NCBI GenBank assembly: GCA_030390025.1
Contig: CM059431.1
Span: forward strand, 104,224,001 to 104,288,000
DNA length: 64,000 bases
Direction of reading: 5' to 3'
From: Squalus acanthias
Lineage: Eukaryota
Shown: positions 12,306 through 26,502 of the stretch, one piece after another
Numbering within the stretch: position 1 is the first letter of the stretch
How the letters are laid out: every line of letters begins with the position of its first letter
Notes under the pieces: generated by a model
What the model saw: the letters and a program-made list of their open reading frames with translations, nothing else
Told to the model about the DNA's origin: nothing
Databases searched by the model: none
Translations under genes and position numbers: made by a program

Positions 12306-12976
12306 AAGTCTTTCTTTGAATGATGACTGCACTTATTGAATAGAAGCAGTTGACAAACCCAAAACACTTTGCAGTTCTAGAATATTAAGTATTCTGAACC
12401 TAGCTGAGAATAATGAGCATCCTGAACCAGCAAGACTACAACTAACATTAATTTCCTTTTGGTTGAGGATGTGGGAAAAAGGAATGAAACATCTGATGTG
12501 CTGCTTTCACTAATCATTCCTTACTTGCACACTTGCGTATCTCCAACATGGTGTATTTGAGCCTGAAACTTCTGTGGAAACTCTTGAGAGAGCATAATTG
12601 CGGTAAGGCGGGACTTCCACCCGTTCCTCTGGCTACCGTTGGCTTGGTCCCAAATACTGGGACAGGGGTCCTATCAGTATTCGAGTGGGCGGCTGTGCCT
12701 GTAGTGGTACAGCAGAGGCAGCTGTCTCAGCGAGGAGGTGGAACTCGGAGTGACACCTTGCTGCTCCAAGAGGGAGCATCGGAGGCCCAGAATGGGCCAA
12801 AGGGAAGTGACAGTAAAATTATTTCTAATTCCACTCAGGGAATGGACGGACATCTGGATTGATTAACTTTGTTTGCTGCCGTGATTGGGCCTTCTCCAGT
12901 ATGGGACCAGCACTGCACTCCGCAGGGATAGGTTCTGCTGGATCTATGGAGACAAGCTGGGCAGAATGTCTGGGAT

Positions 12977-13815
12977 AACAACAACAACAACAACAACAAC
13001 AACTTGTATTTATATAGCACCTTTAACATGGTAAAACGTCCCAAGGCGCTTCACAGGAGTATTATAAGACAAAAAAATTGACACCGAGTCACATAAGGAT
13101 AAATTAGGGCAGGTGACCAAAATCTTGGTTGAAGAGGTAGGTTTTAAGGAGCATCTTAAAGGAGGAAAGAGAGATAGCGAGGCGGAGAGGTTTAGGGAGA
13201 GAATTCCAGAGCTTAGGGCCCAGGCAACAGAAAGCTCGGCCACCAATGGTTGAGCGGTTATAATCAAGGATGCTCAAGAGGGCAGAATTAAAGGAGCCCA
13301 GATATCTCGGGGGGGTTGTGGGGCTGAAGGAGATTACAGAGATAGGGAGGGGCGAGGCCATGGAGGGATTTGAAAACAAGGATGAGAATTTTGAAATCGA
13401 GGCGTTGCTTAACCGGGAGCCAATGTAGGTCAGCGAGCACAGGGGTGATGGGTGAACGGGACTTGTTGCGAGTTAGGACACGGGCAGCAGAGTTTTGGAT
13501 GACCTCAAGTTTACGTAGGGTAGAATGTGGGAGGCCAGCCAGGAGTGCGTTGGAATAGTCAAGTCTAGAGGTAACAAAGGCATGGATGAGGGTTTCAGCA
13601 GCGGATGAGCTGAGGCAAGGGCGGAGACGGGCAATGTTATGGAGGTGGAAATAGGCGGTCTTAGCGATGCTGTGGATACGTGGTCAGTAGCTCATTTCAG
13701 GGTCAAATATGACACCAAGGTTGCGAACAGTGTGGTTCAGCCTCAGACAGATATTAGGGAGAGGGATGGAGTTTGTGGCGGGGACCGAAAACAATGGCTT
13801 CGGTCTTCCCAATAT
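12977..13815 (-). mobile_element. L2 LINE 3' fragment
   Basis: (ACA)n tail at 12977-13002; close match to 23164-23982 in the opposite orientation. Confidence 0.88.
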
Positions 13816-14825
13816 TGCTCTAGACCCGCCCAAAATGTTTTCTCAATGTAACGGAGGCAGGCGGAAGAAGCACCCACGACCTTTGAGCGCAGTGTTTGAG
13901 GAAAGATGCAAGGGCAGAAAACCAGCGGATCTGAGCTTCACTCCAAATTGTGGCACCCACTCCCCACTGGAATCTCACCTCAAATCCGTCCCTGGCCAAC
14001 AACAGGAATTTGTACTGTTCGGTTTTAATCACTGAACATCTGCAACTTAATTTTGCTGCTGGGGGTATATTTCCTTCTGTGTGTTAACTTCAGAAAACTT
14101 GTCATTGAATCATAATGATAGTTTAGTAAAAAAAAAACTTTATTTAGCTTTATACACAAAGGAAAATATATCCAAGATTATGCGTTTGGAGTGGTGCATT
14201 GGTACACGATTTCAATAAATTTCAGAAACCCAAAAAAATTCGTCAAACATTTTGCACCTCAGTACCTAATTGTATCATCTTTGCTAAGCCAATCAGAAAA
14301 CTTCTGAAAATAGGGACCTTTCCTTCTGAAATGTATATCACAGCTCCATGGCAAGAGAGGTGAACATGGAGCTGCCATATATCTGTAGGAGTCTGACAGA
14401 TAGGAGTATGATGGAGGGCCGCGGATCAATTTTATTGCACATGATAAAACTCGACCTTTTAGCAACCCCTCTCTCTTTTTCCGGCTCAAGGAAAGGAGGA
14501 AAGTTACACATCTGATGAAACAACCTGTCAAAGCTCAGCAGCACACTACTTTTTGTCAAACTCACTTACAGTTAACACTGCAACCATGCCGCTAGTCTGG
14601 CATATCATCCCGAGTCCTCTCTCTATCTAAAGGAGAGATGCTACCCCTATATCTCATGAATAAACCGCTAAGCAGGAAAAGATCTAATGGCTGATAATCA
14701 AAATACAACTTTTAACATAACTACAGTAAGCATAATGGAGGCAGATTACAAGCAAAGCAAGATGCATGTTCGCTATCATTCAGATACTTAAGACGTCTGC
14801 CTCTTAAAAGCTTCCACTGCAGTTA

Positions 14826-15108
14826 TTTTTTTATTCGTTCATGGGAGCAGGGCATCGCTGGCAAGGCCAGCATTTATTGCCCATCCCTAATTGCCCTTGA
14901 GAAGGTGGTGGTGAGCCGCCTTCTTGAACCGCTGCAGTCCGTGCGGTGAAGGTACTCCCACAGTGCTGTTAGGTAGGGAGTTCCAGGATTTTGACCCAGC
15001 GACGATGAGGGAATGGCAATATACTTCCAAGTCAGGATGGTGTGTGACTTGGAGGGGAACTTGGAGGTGGTGGTGTTCCCATACACCTGCGGCCCTTGTC
15101 CTTCCAGG
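14826..15108 (-). mobile_element. CR1/L2-supergroup LINE 3' end
   Basis: GSKSWNSLPNSTVGVPSPHGLQRFKKAAHHHLLKGN C-terminus and A-rich tail. Confidence 0.8.
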
Positions 15109-15164
15109 TGCTGTCGAAGTTATAGGTATATTTATAAATATATCCAGTCTAAAATCTGGCAAGA

Positions 15165-15437
15165 TGTCAGCCTTGGCTCAGGAGTTAGCACTCTCGCCTG
15201 AGTCCAAAGGTTGTGGGTTCAAATCCCACTCCAGAGACTTGAGCATAAAATCTAGGCTGGCACTCCAATGCAGTGCTGAGGGGTGCTGCATTGTTCGGTG
15301 TGCTGTTTTTTGGATGAGACGTTAAACCGAATCCCTGTCTGCCCTCTCAGGTGGATGTCAAAGATCCCTTGGCACTATTTGAAGAAGAGCAGGGGAGTTC
15401 TCCCCAGTGTCCTGGACAACATTTATCCCTCAACATT
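15165..15437 (+). mobile_element. Deu-domain SINE, 5' part
   Basis: tRNA-like A/B boxes and Deu core shared with the other copies. Confidence 0.8.
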
Positions 15438-16371
15438 CATTTTCGGTTGAATTCCCCCCAAAGCGTCTCACCCACCATCCCCCACCTCCCTGTAGGTGGG
15501 GGTTTATATTTCTTTTCAGAACCAAAGGAGACTTTTCTCCTTTTCAATACATTTCCATTGTGGAATGTGATAAAAACACACTTTTCATTGCAAATGGAAC
15601 GGAGTTTAGACCCAGTTTTCTAAAAATATCTCACAGCTGCAATTTATTATATTGGTAACGATCATAATGTTTGCTCTGACTTTTTGTTTTTCAAACCATT
15701 TGTTTTTTTTAAAGTACATACATTTTTGACCGCAATAAGTCAGGATTAGGCTATGTGGCCCCGCAGTGTATAACACCATGATAAGTATACGTGTGACTTG
15801 GGTTATTTTGTGTGTATCTGAGGGAGTGTCTTTGCTCTCTATGGGATTGATTTTTTAACCATGAATATTGCTCATCGAAACTAGAAGTGACAGTGATTAA
15901 TCTTCTGGGCTGAACTGTAGCATTATTACAAGAGAAAAACACTTGTTGAGCGAGGAGAAGCAGAATGTGAAAGAGCACAAATTAATATAACCCGTTCCCT
16001 GGTGGACCCAATCTTGCAAGTGAATAAAATGTCTCTTGTATTAAAGATACACAACAGACTCGGAATATTTTGCATTCCAATAAAACAGAACATTCACAAA
16101 TTCAAAATATTACTAAACCTGGCAGTTCAATTCAAATTATAATGATTAGGAATACGATATTTAAGAGACATCACTGGCCACAAAAATTTCAAAGGCCCAT
16201 AGAGGGCCCTTTGCCCTAATGTAGAGACATCTCTAAAATATTTTCTTCTCTCCGTCTTCTTCCTCAAGTTTTCCTTGCCTAAATAGTCCTGATGCCATTA
16301 TAAGCAGAGATCCTTAGCCAACTGTGTGATCTGAGAGGTTGTCACAACTGAGCCCAAGCACGTCCCGACAA

Positions 16372-17141
16372 GGGCCCGGATTTTCCGATTGGAGGCTTCC
16401 TGCGGGCGGAGGCCTCCGATCTGGAAAAAATCTACGCCCTTACCTGCTGGCTCCGGAGGTCCGGACATTTCCTCTCCTGGGCCTCTCCCGGTGCACGCCG
16501 CAGAGGCCCATGTATCCCAGGGGCGCAGGCGGTTCGCAAGCTTCCCTGGGATCACTTGGGCCATGGGGAAACAATGGAAGAAGGGAATCCCCCTTCACAC
16601 TTTTGACAGGTCTCTCCGCACGGATCTGTCAAAAGTATGAATGGGGATCACTCAAAAAACACACTAAAACATGAAATACATTTTTTTTTAATCACATTTT
16701 TTAAATTAGTTAAAATTACATTAAATTAAATATTTTAAACAAAAATTTAATTTTTTGAAAAAAATAATTAAAGTTTTTTACGGGGCTAAAATTAAACTTA
16801 CCTTTTTTAAAAGTATTTTAAAATTATAAATGAGTGAAAAAAAAATATTTTTTTACTTTTTTAAACTCTTATGCTGGTAAAAGCAGGCCTTACGCCTGCT
16901 TTTACCAGGCATAAGATTTTTAAAGGTTTTCAGCGGGCGGAGGTTCTGCAGAAAGCGGAACTCTCTGCCCGCGGAGGCCCTTCTCCAGGGCAAGCGTCCG
17001 ATTTGTCAAGAGGATTCTTAACAGATTGGAAATGCCGATTTTCAGCGCATGCGCTTGGCATGCCTGAAACCGGCACTTGCGAGGCCCCTACGGGTGTGTA
17101 CACAGCTCGTACGCACCCGTAGGGATCAGAAAATACGGGCC
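16372..17141. mobile_element. Harbinger-type MITE, family A
   Basis: GGGCCCGGATTTTC / GAAAATACGGGCC ends; shares the internal palindrome CTGGTAAAAG...CTTTTACCAG with 5357-6120. Confidence 0.78.
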
Positions 17142-18251
17142 ATGATGTCTGTGCCCGTGCAGTCGCAGGGGTCCGTTCGCTGGCGAACAAGGGCAGCACT
17201 CCTGGCTGAGTATTTCCCTCCCTCGCCCAGAACACTGTGGCCAATTATAGCACCAAACTGGTGCCTCTCAGCTGAGACCAGCTAACTCCGCACAGACCTG
17301 GAGCTTTCTGTTTTGTGTGGATTAGTGCTGCGCCGAGAGATGCCTTTGATCACTGGTCCACTCATTTTTTGTAAAGATTTTGCGACGTTTCAACTGGCTC
17401 TTTTATTGCAGTAAATCTTCAGATTATGCTCCACCATCTATAGATTGTTTTTTTGGAAAGGCGTGCCATAAATATATCAAGCCATTGGAGTTTAAACATA
17501 GAAAAAATACAATTTTTGGAAAAATTAGGTGGCAATATAATAAACTTTGTAAGTGCTGCACTAATTAAACCAATAAACCAAAGATTTTTTTCAACGTGCC
17601 AGTACATGAATCTTACACACACCGCCACACACACTGCCCCATCACTGAGTAAACCCTCAATGCGTCTTGCCTTGCTGAAAGGTGTGCTGCCCTGTTACTC
17701 TACAAATCATCGTACACAGTGTTACATAGCCATGCAAGCCGCTTACTCGCTCACTGCCGAATTTGAATTTTATTATCTTGAATTTTCTTTTTCCTCTCTG
17801 GAACTGGGTCCTTGCTTATAGAATGAGAGAATCATTCGGCCCATCGTGTCTGTGCCCTCCACAGCTGGAATCCAGGCTCCCCTTCATTCTTAGTAAAATA
17901 AAAGAAAGACTTGCATTTCTACGGCGCCTTTCACGACCACAGGACGTCTCAAAGTGCTTTACAGCCAATGAAGTACAATTAAGTTCTGACTTTAAAAGCT
18001 TCCCCAGTACAATTTTGCTATGCACCATTTTCTCGGGGAGTGTGATGGGAGTCTTAGTTATAGGACAAATAAATTGAAATGTGAATTTTGATTGGCTGAA
18101 AAATATGATTTTAGCCAATCATAAAGCATGTTTGACGTGATAACATTATCAAAATGACTGGTCAAAATTTGGCACAAGTTTTACCGTCCGAAAATGGAGC
18201 CATCACTACGGGTCGGGAAAAATCAGTGCAGCACAGGTCAAATATTTCAAT

Positions 18252-18468
18252 AAAGAAAGAAAGACTTGCATTTATATAGCGCCTTTCACGACCACCAGAC
18301 GTCTCAAAGCGCTTTACAGTCAATGAAGTACTTTTTTTGAAGTGGTATCACTGTTGTAATGTGGGAAACGCGGCAGCCAATTTGCGCACAGCAAGCTTCC
18401 ACACACAGCAATGTGATAATGGCCAAATAATCTGTTTTTGTTATGTTGGTTGAGGGATAAATATTGAC
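18252..18468 (-). mobile_element. Deu-domain SINE, 3' part
   Basis: Matches the SINE 3' half and its L2-like tail. Confidence 0.8.
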
Positions 18469-18504
18469 CTAGGAGATAAAATGACCAATTAGTTTTAGAA
18501 TTAG

Positions 18505-19838
18505 GTGTTAAACCATCTGCCCTCTCAGGTGGATGTAAAAGATCCCACGGCCACTCTTTCGAAGAAGAGCAGGGGAGTTCTCCCCGGTGTCCTGGCCAAT
18601 ATTTATCCCTCAACCAACACCACTATTATCTGGTTATTATCACATTGCTGTTTGTGGGAACTTGCTGTTTGCAATTTGGCTGCCGCGTTTCCTCTTCTTC
18701 TTAGGCGGTCCCTCGGAACCGAGGATGACTTGCTTCCACATTAAAAATGAGTTCTCAGGTGACTGATGAGTCCAATGCGGGACCTACAGTCTCTGTCACA
18801 GGTGGGGCAGACGATGTTTGAAGGGGCGGCTGGGTGGGGTGCTTGGGTTGTTTGCGCTTGGCTTCCGCTTGCTCCCGGCGAAGAGACTCGAGGTATTTGG
18901 TGCCTTCCTGGATGCTTCTCCTCCACTTTGTGCAGTCTTGGGTCAGGGATTCCCAGGTGTCAGTGGGGATGTTGCACTTTTTCAAGGAGGCTTTGATGGT
19001 GTCCTTGAAGCGTTTCCGCTGCCCACCTGGGGCTCTCTTGCCGTGTCGGAGCTCCGAGTACAGCGCTTGTTTTGGGAGTCTCGTATCGGGCATGCGGACG
19101 ATGTGACCCGTCCATCGGAGCTGATCGAGCGTGGTCAAAGCTTCGATGCTGGGGATATTGGCCTGAGTGAGAGCACTGACTTTGGTGCGCCTATCCTGCC
19201 AATGGATTGGCAGGATCTTGCGTGGCAGCGTTGGTGGTACCTCTCCAGTGCTTTGAGGTGCCTGCTGTACATAGTCCATGTCTCTGAGGCATACAACAGG
19301 GTGGGTATCACTGCTGCTCTGTAGACCATGAGCTTAGTGCCGGGTTTGAGGTCCTGGTCTTCAAATACTCTCTTCCTCAGGCGACCGAAGGCTGCACTGG
19401 CACATTGAAGGCGGTGTTGGACTTCGTCATCGACGTCTGCCCTTGTTGACGGTAGGCTCCCGAGGTATGGAAAGTGGTCCACGTTGTCCAAGGCCTTGTC
19501 GTGGATTTTGATCATCGGGGAGCAGTACTGTGTGGCGGGGGCAGGTTGGTAGAGGACCTTTGTCTTACGAATGTTTAGAGTAAGGCCCATGCTCCCGTAC
19601 ACTTCGGTGAAGGTGTTGACGATGGTTTGGAGTTCGATCTCCGAGTGAGTGCAGACGCAAGCGTCGTCTGCATACTGTAATTCGACAACAGAGGATGGAA
19701 CTTGCTGTGTGCAATTTGGCTGCCGCGTTTCCCTACATTACAACAGTGACTACACTTCAAAAATACTTAATTGACTGTGCAACAATTTGGGACACCCTGA
19801 GATCGTGAAAGGTGCTACATAAATGCAAGTCTTTCCTC
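18505..19838 (+). mobile_element. Deu-domain SINE interrupted by an RTE
   Basis: SINE sequence at 18505-18692 resumes at 19697. Confidence 0.8.
18693..19696 (-). mobile_element. RTE (BovB-like) LINE, 5'-truncated
   Basis: QYADD, GLTLNIRKTKV, FPYLGS, LLYASETW, QLRWTGHIVRM..RLPKQALY, C-terminal CPTC..H..TH finger and (GAA)n tail. Confidence 0.9.
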
Positions 19839-22149
19839 TTTTATAAATCAAGTTTGAAGGTGGTGTTTGAGGGGTAAATGTGGGCCATGACACCAGGAGT
19901 GCAGGCAGAGAGATCCTCACTTTAACATCTCATCTGAAAGACTGTTCTGAAGAAGGACAATGTCTGAAATGTTACCCTTGTTGTCTTTTTCCTCACTACA
20001 GATACTGATTGACCTGCTGTGTGTTACCAACGTTTTCTGTTTCCGATTTCCAGCATTTATAGTTCTGCTTCTCTTTATATATAACTTTTATTCTAATGCT
20101 TTTGTCCATCAAAAAAAAAGCTGGTCCATTATCTGTGAGTGAACCCGGTTTTTAACCCCAGATCTACTGGACAGAAAGAAAGATACCAGTAACATGATAG
20201 GTCATAGACAAAAATACTTGACTTTTTCCACAGTGATAAAGTTGTTCTATGAACACAAGCTCTTTCCTCGTTGTTAAGGTTAGCTAACTAACCTTGAAAA
20301 TCTACATTCATCTCTTTGTCCTGTTTTAAACAACATTTTCTATCCTCTAGTCCTCTAGGTGCAGCACCTGGATTTATAGAACTCCTAAGCTTATTTACCA
20401 TAGCCTCGATTCATCCCTCAATAACTTCCTTAAAATCTCAAAGGGTTTTGAGGCACCTGTTTGCCTCAGCAGATCTCGGCTGAGATTATTAGGAGGTAAA
20501 TATCTGTAAATAAACGTGGCTTGAAATTGTTATAGAGAAGAAGTCATTAAACAATATCACAGTTAAGTTTTCTACTCAAGTCATTGACTTGCACTGTGGA
20601 CGATACTATTTCACTGTCCTGTTTCATTCGGGTACTGCTTGTCTTTTAGATAGGGAATCGTGTTGGTAGCAGAAAGAACATCCATTCTAATGACCTTCGT
20701 TAACGGATAAGGAACAGAGCAGGGTCAAATATGATTTCCCTATATATAAATATATATACTGCAGCAAGATGGGAGGTATCCTTGTGTCCTGACTTACTGT
20801 TTTATTCGTCCGAAGAATTCACATATCCAATGCAATGAACCTCCAGATGTATCACAGGAGCCAGGCATCACGATAAATCCAAAATGCCCTACTATACTGG
20901 GTGCTTTGGAAATGTCAAGTTACTGTTCTGACTTTGTGATGAGGATCAAGGGAATTGCTCCATTTTTCGACCATGAGAATAAATTCATCACCAGTTGACC
21001 GCATGTTATGTCCTCTTTCCTCTGGAAATAAAAACGGGTCATATCCTAAAGGAGTTGTAAAACTATACTCGAAATAGATACTCCCTTTCAAACTAGATCT
21101 TTCTGTCTTGGTGCAATGAGCTGTGAATAATCATTCAAGAGATTCTAATGAAATATGTCCATAAAGTTAAATATTAGTACTACAGGAACCTAATCAATAC
21201 GTCAGGGAATATTGAATGCTGCCCGAGAGGAAGGGCAGTAAATAAACCGTGAGCCTATCTCCAAATAGCAAGGGCAACAGCAGTCCTCCAGAGATAAGTG
21301 ATGGAATTACACCTTTGCAAATAGAGCTGGAAAATATTGAAGATTTATGGATGTTAAGTAAAGTATAGATGTACCAAATTCAAATGTATTACAGAATCCC
21401 GTGACTATAAGAAAGCGAGGATGATACCGCTGATCACAGAACACTTATTTTCCAGCTGAGATATTAGAGCTGTGCTTGCTAATGTCAAAGGAAAGAAAGA
21501 CAAAAGCGAAATCTGCCAGAGTAATCCAGCTTTTACTAGTGTGGAAACTGAAGATAGGAAAAGCGTGGAATTTCATAGGAGAGGAGTTGGGTGGATAATA
21601 TTGCAAAAGGCTCTTCTGCACTTAAGCCACTGAAGTCAATATCCACTCCCGTCAAGATACATTGTTCATGTCTATTGAAGGATTATGGACTTTCTAAATA
21701 CCAGTGTTGAGGAAACTATAAAGAAACCCTAGATTGCTCAAAAACAGAATTTGGTTCACAGCATTAACAACAAAGGATAGAAGACAGAATTGCTAACCTA
21801 ACTGCTTAGAAGGCCACTGAGACCAGGTACTTTCGTGGAGATAAGAGACAAGGTTAAAGAAGACAGCTGCCCAGCTGCACCCTGAGAGACTGTGGAAACG
21901 TTAGGAAACTGCTTTAGCATTAGAGAGCGAGGGAGGATGGAAGGTTACTGAGAGGTTTAGACCACTCAACCACTGGGCAACAGTTTGATTCCACCCACAC
22001 TGTCACATCCTTTTATAATTTTAAACACTTCTGTTATATTGCCCCTGCAACTTACGTTGTTCTAATGAAAAAAGATCCAACTTTTCGAGTCTTTTCTTCG
22101 CATTTGTAGTTCATCGCACCAGGCAGCACCCAGGTGAATCTGTGTTTTA

Positions 22150-23982
22150 CCCTCTCATAAGCCTTGACCCCTCCACGGTCTCTAAATTGACAGACTGCTT
22201 GTCCGACATCCAGTTCTGCATGAGCAGAAATTTTATCCAATTAAATATTGGGAAGACCGAAGCCATTGGGGGAAAAATTCAGTTGGTTTGTGCCTCCCGT
22301 TAGCGCCTTAAGAGGGCGTTAATGGGGCACAAAGCAACTAGTGCCCGGGCGCGGCGATATCTACGCCTCTCGCGAAATTGACCAGACATTTTGCGGCGGT
22401 GCTAAACACTACCGCCACGATCTCCTGCGCCTGCAGATCGTGACGTCAGTCGAGTGCGCAACGCCCCGGTAGCACCCCGGAGCGGATATTGAGTGGCGCC
22501 CCCTGCCTTACCGCCTGCCGCTAGCAACGACAGGTTGAGGGGAGCGTTTTGCAGTCAGGAAGGGACTGGGGGAGCGCTATTTAAAGGCGAACGCTTCCTG
22601 CCTTTTTTTGTTGGTGACATTTTTGCACCACGCATTCTGAGAGAGAGAGAGAGAGAGACTTCTGGAGAGATTCAACGCTGTGTGAAGGAGTTTTGGGTAC
22701 TGAGCAGCGCTTTGCAGGTTCATTTTGATTTGCCCTTCCTTGCATCTATTTAGAAGAGACTGTGGGGGCTGCACTCTGAGCTCTTTCCCTGGTTCTCTCC
22801 ATTGTTCTTTCCAGCAGATTTGATGTACAGGTCTCTCCAGGCCGAGATTCAAGGCTGCAATGAGCAGGATGTGGATGGAGAGCAAGATCAACCCACCCCT
22901 TTAAGAACTGGCTGGCACCATTGTGTCTGTGTTCCATTGCTGACTGACATCACATGAGCTTCGCCAGCGCTCTGAGGTAGCGCCTCGCTCCTTGGCCTTT
23001 GCGCCTTAAGACAGGTGTGTAGCGCCTAATTTAGCAGTCCAATCACTTCCAGGGGCGATAAAAGCCAAGTTTGCAGTCGGAGGCGATAATTAGCGCCAGT
23101 CGCTAAACTTTACGCACAGCCAATAATTGCGCCCCAAATGGGGCGATACTTAATTTTTCCCCCATTGTCTTCGAGCCCGCCACGAACTCCATTCCCTAGC
23201 CACCAACTCCATCCCTCTCCCTAACATCTGTCTGAAGCTGAACCACACTGTTCGCAACCTTGGTGTCATATTTCACCCTGAAACAAGCTTCTGACCACAT
23301 ATCTGCAGCATAACTAAGACCGCCTACTTCCACCTCCATACCATCTCCGCCCTTGCCTCAGCTCATCCGCTGCTGAAACCCTCATCCATGCCTTTGTTAC
23401 CTCTAGACTTGACTATTCCAACGCACTCCTGGCTGGCCTCCCACGTTCTACCCTACGTAAACTTGAGGTGATCCCAAAACTCGGCTGCCCGTGTCCTAAC
23501 TCGCACCAAGTCCCGTTCGCCCATCACCCCTGTGCTCGCTGACCGACATTGGCTCCCGGTTAAGCAACGCCTTGATTTCAAAATTCTCATCCTTGTTTTC
23601 AAATCCCTCCATGGCCTCGCCCCTCCCTATCTCTGTAATCTCCTCCAGCCCCACAACCCCCCCGAGATATCTGCGCTCCTCTAATTCTACCCTCTTGAGC
23701 ATCCCTGATTATAATCGCTCTGCCATTGTTGGCCGTGCCTTCTGTTGCCTCGGCCCTAAGCTCTGGAATTCCCTGCCTAAACCTTTCCGCCTCTCTACCT
23801 CTCTTTCCTCCTTTAAGATGCTCCTTAAAACCTACCTCTTTGACCAAGCTTTTGGTCACCTGCTCTAATTTCTCCTTATGTGGCTCGGTGTCAAATTTTT
23901 TGTCTTATAACACTCCTGTGCAGCGCCTTGGGACATTTTACTACATTAAAGGCGCTATATAAATACAAGTTGTTGTTGTTGT
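22150..23982 (+). mobile_element. L2 LINE 3' fragment interrupted by a MITE
   Basis: QLNIGKTEAI|VF continues across the MITE; (TTG)n tail. Confidence 0.88.
22268..23163. mobile_element. Harbinger-type MITE, family C
   Basis: 12-bp TIR GGGGGAAAAATT / AATTTTTCCCCC with TSD ATT. Confidence 0.85.
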
Positions 23983-24076
23983 CAATATCCTTCCTACAGT
24001 GTGGCGTCACAGTACTCTAACTGAGGTCTTGTTAAGGTTTCATATAAGCACTTAATTTCTTCTTGGCTTTCATATT

Positions 24077-24270
24077 GCATAGAATGTACAGCACAGAAAC
24101 AGGCCATTTGGCCCAACTGGTCCGTGCCGGTGTTTATGCTCCACACGAGCCTCCTCCCACCCCTCTTCATCTCACCCTATCAGCATTTCCTTCTTTTCCT
24201 TTCTCCCTCATGTGTTTATCTCACTTCCCCTTAATGCTATTCGCCTCAACTACTCCTTGTGGTAACGAGT
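24077..24270 (-). mobile_element. CR1 3' end fragment
   Basis: Reverse match to the CR1 3' UTR at 980-1240. Confidence 0.75.
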
Positions 24271-24588
24271 TTTAATTAGCATTTGTGATAAAACCTAGAA
24301 GATCCTGGGGAGGGAGGAATCTTCCCAAACACATGCAAAATGAACAAACTGTGCTTAATTTGGAGCAGATCAGTCCCAGGTTATTCACAACCAGAATTGA
24401 TGGCACGGAGGTTTTGTGATCCTTTGATCTTCCTCACACTCCCAGGAACAGCAACAGCACGTGACAAGGCTGTGGAACTTTATAAAGGCCCCGACATAAA
24501 AACCATAGTTAGTGGCAGCAAGAAACCTCAACACTTGTTAGTGCATCTCGGAAAATTACAGGCGCACCAACCTGATCCGATATACACT

Positions 24589-24660
24589 GGTGGTGACTGT
24601 TGGTGACTAGCTGTGACTGGTGATGACTGGTGGTGACTAGTGGTGACTGGTAATGACTGA
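24589..24660. repeat. Degenerate 10-bp tandem repeat (TGGTGACTGG-like)
   Basis: Directly visible repeated GTGACT units. Confidence 0.7.
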
Positions 24661-26502
24661 GGTTCCATGCCACATGTGCATCTTTAGAATATTACACCTA
24701 AAGAGTCAGTCTTATTTCGAACCTGTAATTTGGAGCGATCTCAATCCAGTGGAGAAACAAACCCAGGGAATCAAAGCCAAGCCCTCTTAGCCGCAAGTCC
24801 GACAACGTATACACAGAATGGGAAAGGATACAGGACACAACGGGCTGAATTTTCCGTGGTGGTAGCGAGCGCGATCGGTGGCGAGTCGGTTAGGAAAGTT
24901 GTTTTCTTTGACAGCAGGTCGGGAACTCGCTGTCAGCCTGCTCCTACGCGCCTTTCCCAGTAATTGCAGTGAATTGATCTGCACTATAAAATATGACATA
25001 TACCATTTAAATACATTTTTGTGGTGTTTCTGGTCAGGTTTTTCTCATAGTATACTGTGATTGTCCAGTTACACATTAAATCAAGTCTTCAACCATAACA
25101 ATTTCAAACTCATCACTCATTCCAGTGGTTCAATTTGCTTTCAGTCGCTGAATATGACGAATGTAATTTTTCAGTCTGAGACTTTAGGGTGAATTTCTGC
25201 AGAGGTTCTCTCACTTGTCCGTTGTTAACTTCAACGGAAGAGCTGCAGAAATCCCAGAAACACATTGTAAGCACCACTTACACTGTTTGTCAGGGATTCC
25301 ACAGCTCTTCCGCTGAACTTCCATAAGAGTGTAAATCCACCCCTTTACAGTTACATTTAAAATCTGCTTAATTTTATGTATTACCTATACACACACATCT
25401 TTTATTTCTATTAGTTACTGATACAAAAGTCTATAGATTTGTGACTAAAGCACCAATAACTTCCCATTTAATGTACTTTTTAAATTATATTCTTGATCGT
25501 ATTTGTAAATGGAGTCATATTACTTAATGATGATATTATGTAAATATTTCTTTGTCACACATATAACTTTTACTATATTATTGTACAGTAAAGATTCAAC
25601 ACCCTCTGTGTTAGATTAAACTTAAAATTTTATGTGGCCATGGTCCCTTTAAGGATCCTTGCTTAAAACGCGTCATGAATGACGTCACCAGACCCGCTCC
25701 ATCTCATTGGGCCAGGTAACATAGTGGGTGGGCTTAATAGGCCCCATTAAGGTAAGTTCATTTTCTACAGCGGGATGGAGCCAGCAGCGGGGCCGGGACC
25801 CACCACGGACACCGGCCGCACTGGACCCGCCCAGGTAAGGAAAATTCCGGCCAATGAAACAGAGCATCCTTGCACCAGGCAGTCTAATGGATCAGGGTAA
25901 TGATAGGAGAATTCTGTGCTTTCTTAGTCTTGCCTTTTGCTCAAATAAGAAACCAAAGTTAATGGGTTGAAGTGACTTTGTTGCGGTTCAGAGTTCTTGT
26001 GGATGTGATTGCACAGACTGTTTATAGTGCATAGTTCCAGTGAACTGCTCATGTGGTTCTGCCATTTCCGTCTCTATGTCTTTGAACTACAGTTCAGCCT
26101 AACACGTTCTATTAGCTACTACCATGAGGGTTAGTTACTACCAGCTTTCTTTAAGGTCAAGGTTTAAAGATAGATGCTTGAAGAACATTTCTTAGATGTC
26201 TGGACCCTGCTTATTCTTCTTCCTCTTCTCCTTGCTTCTGTATCAAGACCATGTTTTTTTCTTTTCATTTACTGTACCTGCTTCTGTATTGCTGTTAGCA
26301 TTTCCTGAAGGAGTGAAGCTTTCCCTGTGCAGCATGCGTTATATTGCCTCAGTGGCATAAACAATGGAGTATTCTGAATTGGTGCGTAATTTGTCATGTT
26401 GTAATTTAGGGAATGAAGATTTATGAAAACAATTTATGAATTTAGATATTCAAATGGAACGGGCAATCCCTGCAGGAAATTACATTTCATACTGCCCCAT
26501 TA

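Larger units (their letters stand above)
10341..12318 (+). mobile_element. Deu-domain SINE interrupted by two MITEs
   Basis: tRNA-like head GTGGCTCAGTTGGTAGCAC at about 10345, body 11219-11569, tail AAGTCTTTCTTT after 12305. Confidence 0.78.

Noticed and set aside
14259..14565. ORFs in unique sequence as possible host exons
   Set aside because: No recognisable protein similarity and no consistent splice frame
20100..22050. About 2 kb of purine-skewed unique sequence as a possible ancient element
   Set aside because: No ORF of 60 aa or more and no motif that I could recognise
24589..24660. Repeat array as a possible CRISPR
   Set aside because: Simple tandem repeat without unique spacers, in eukaryotic context
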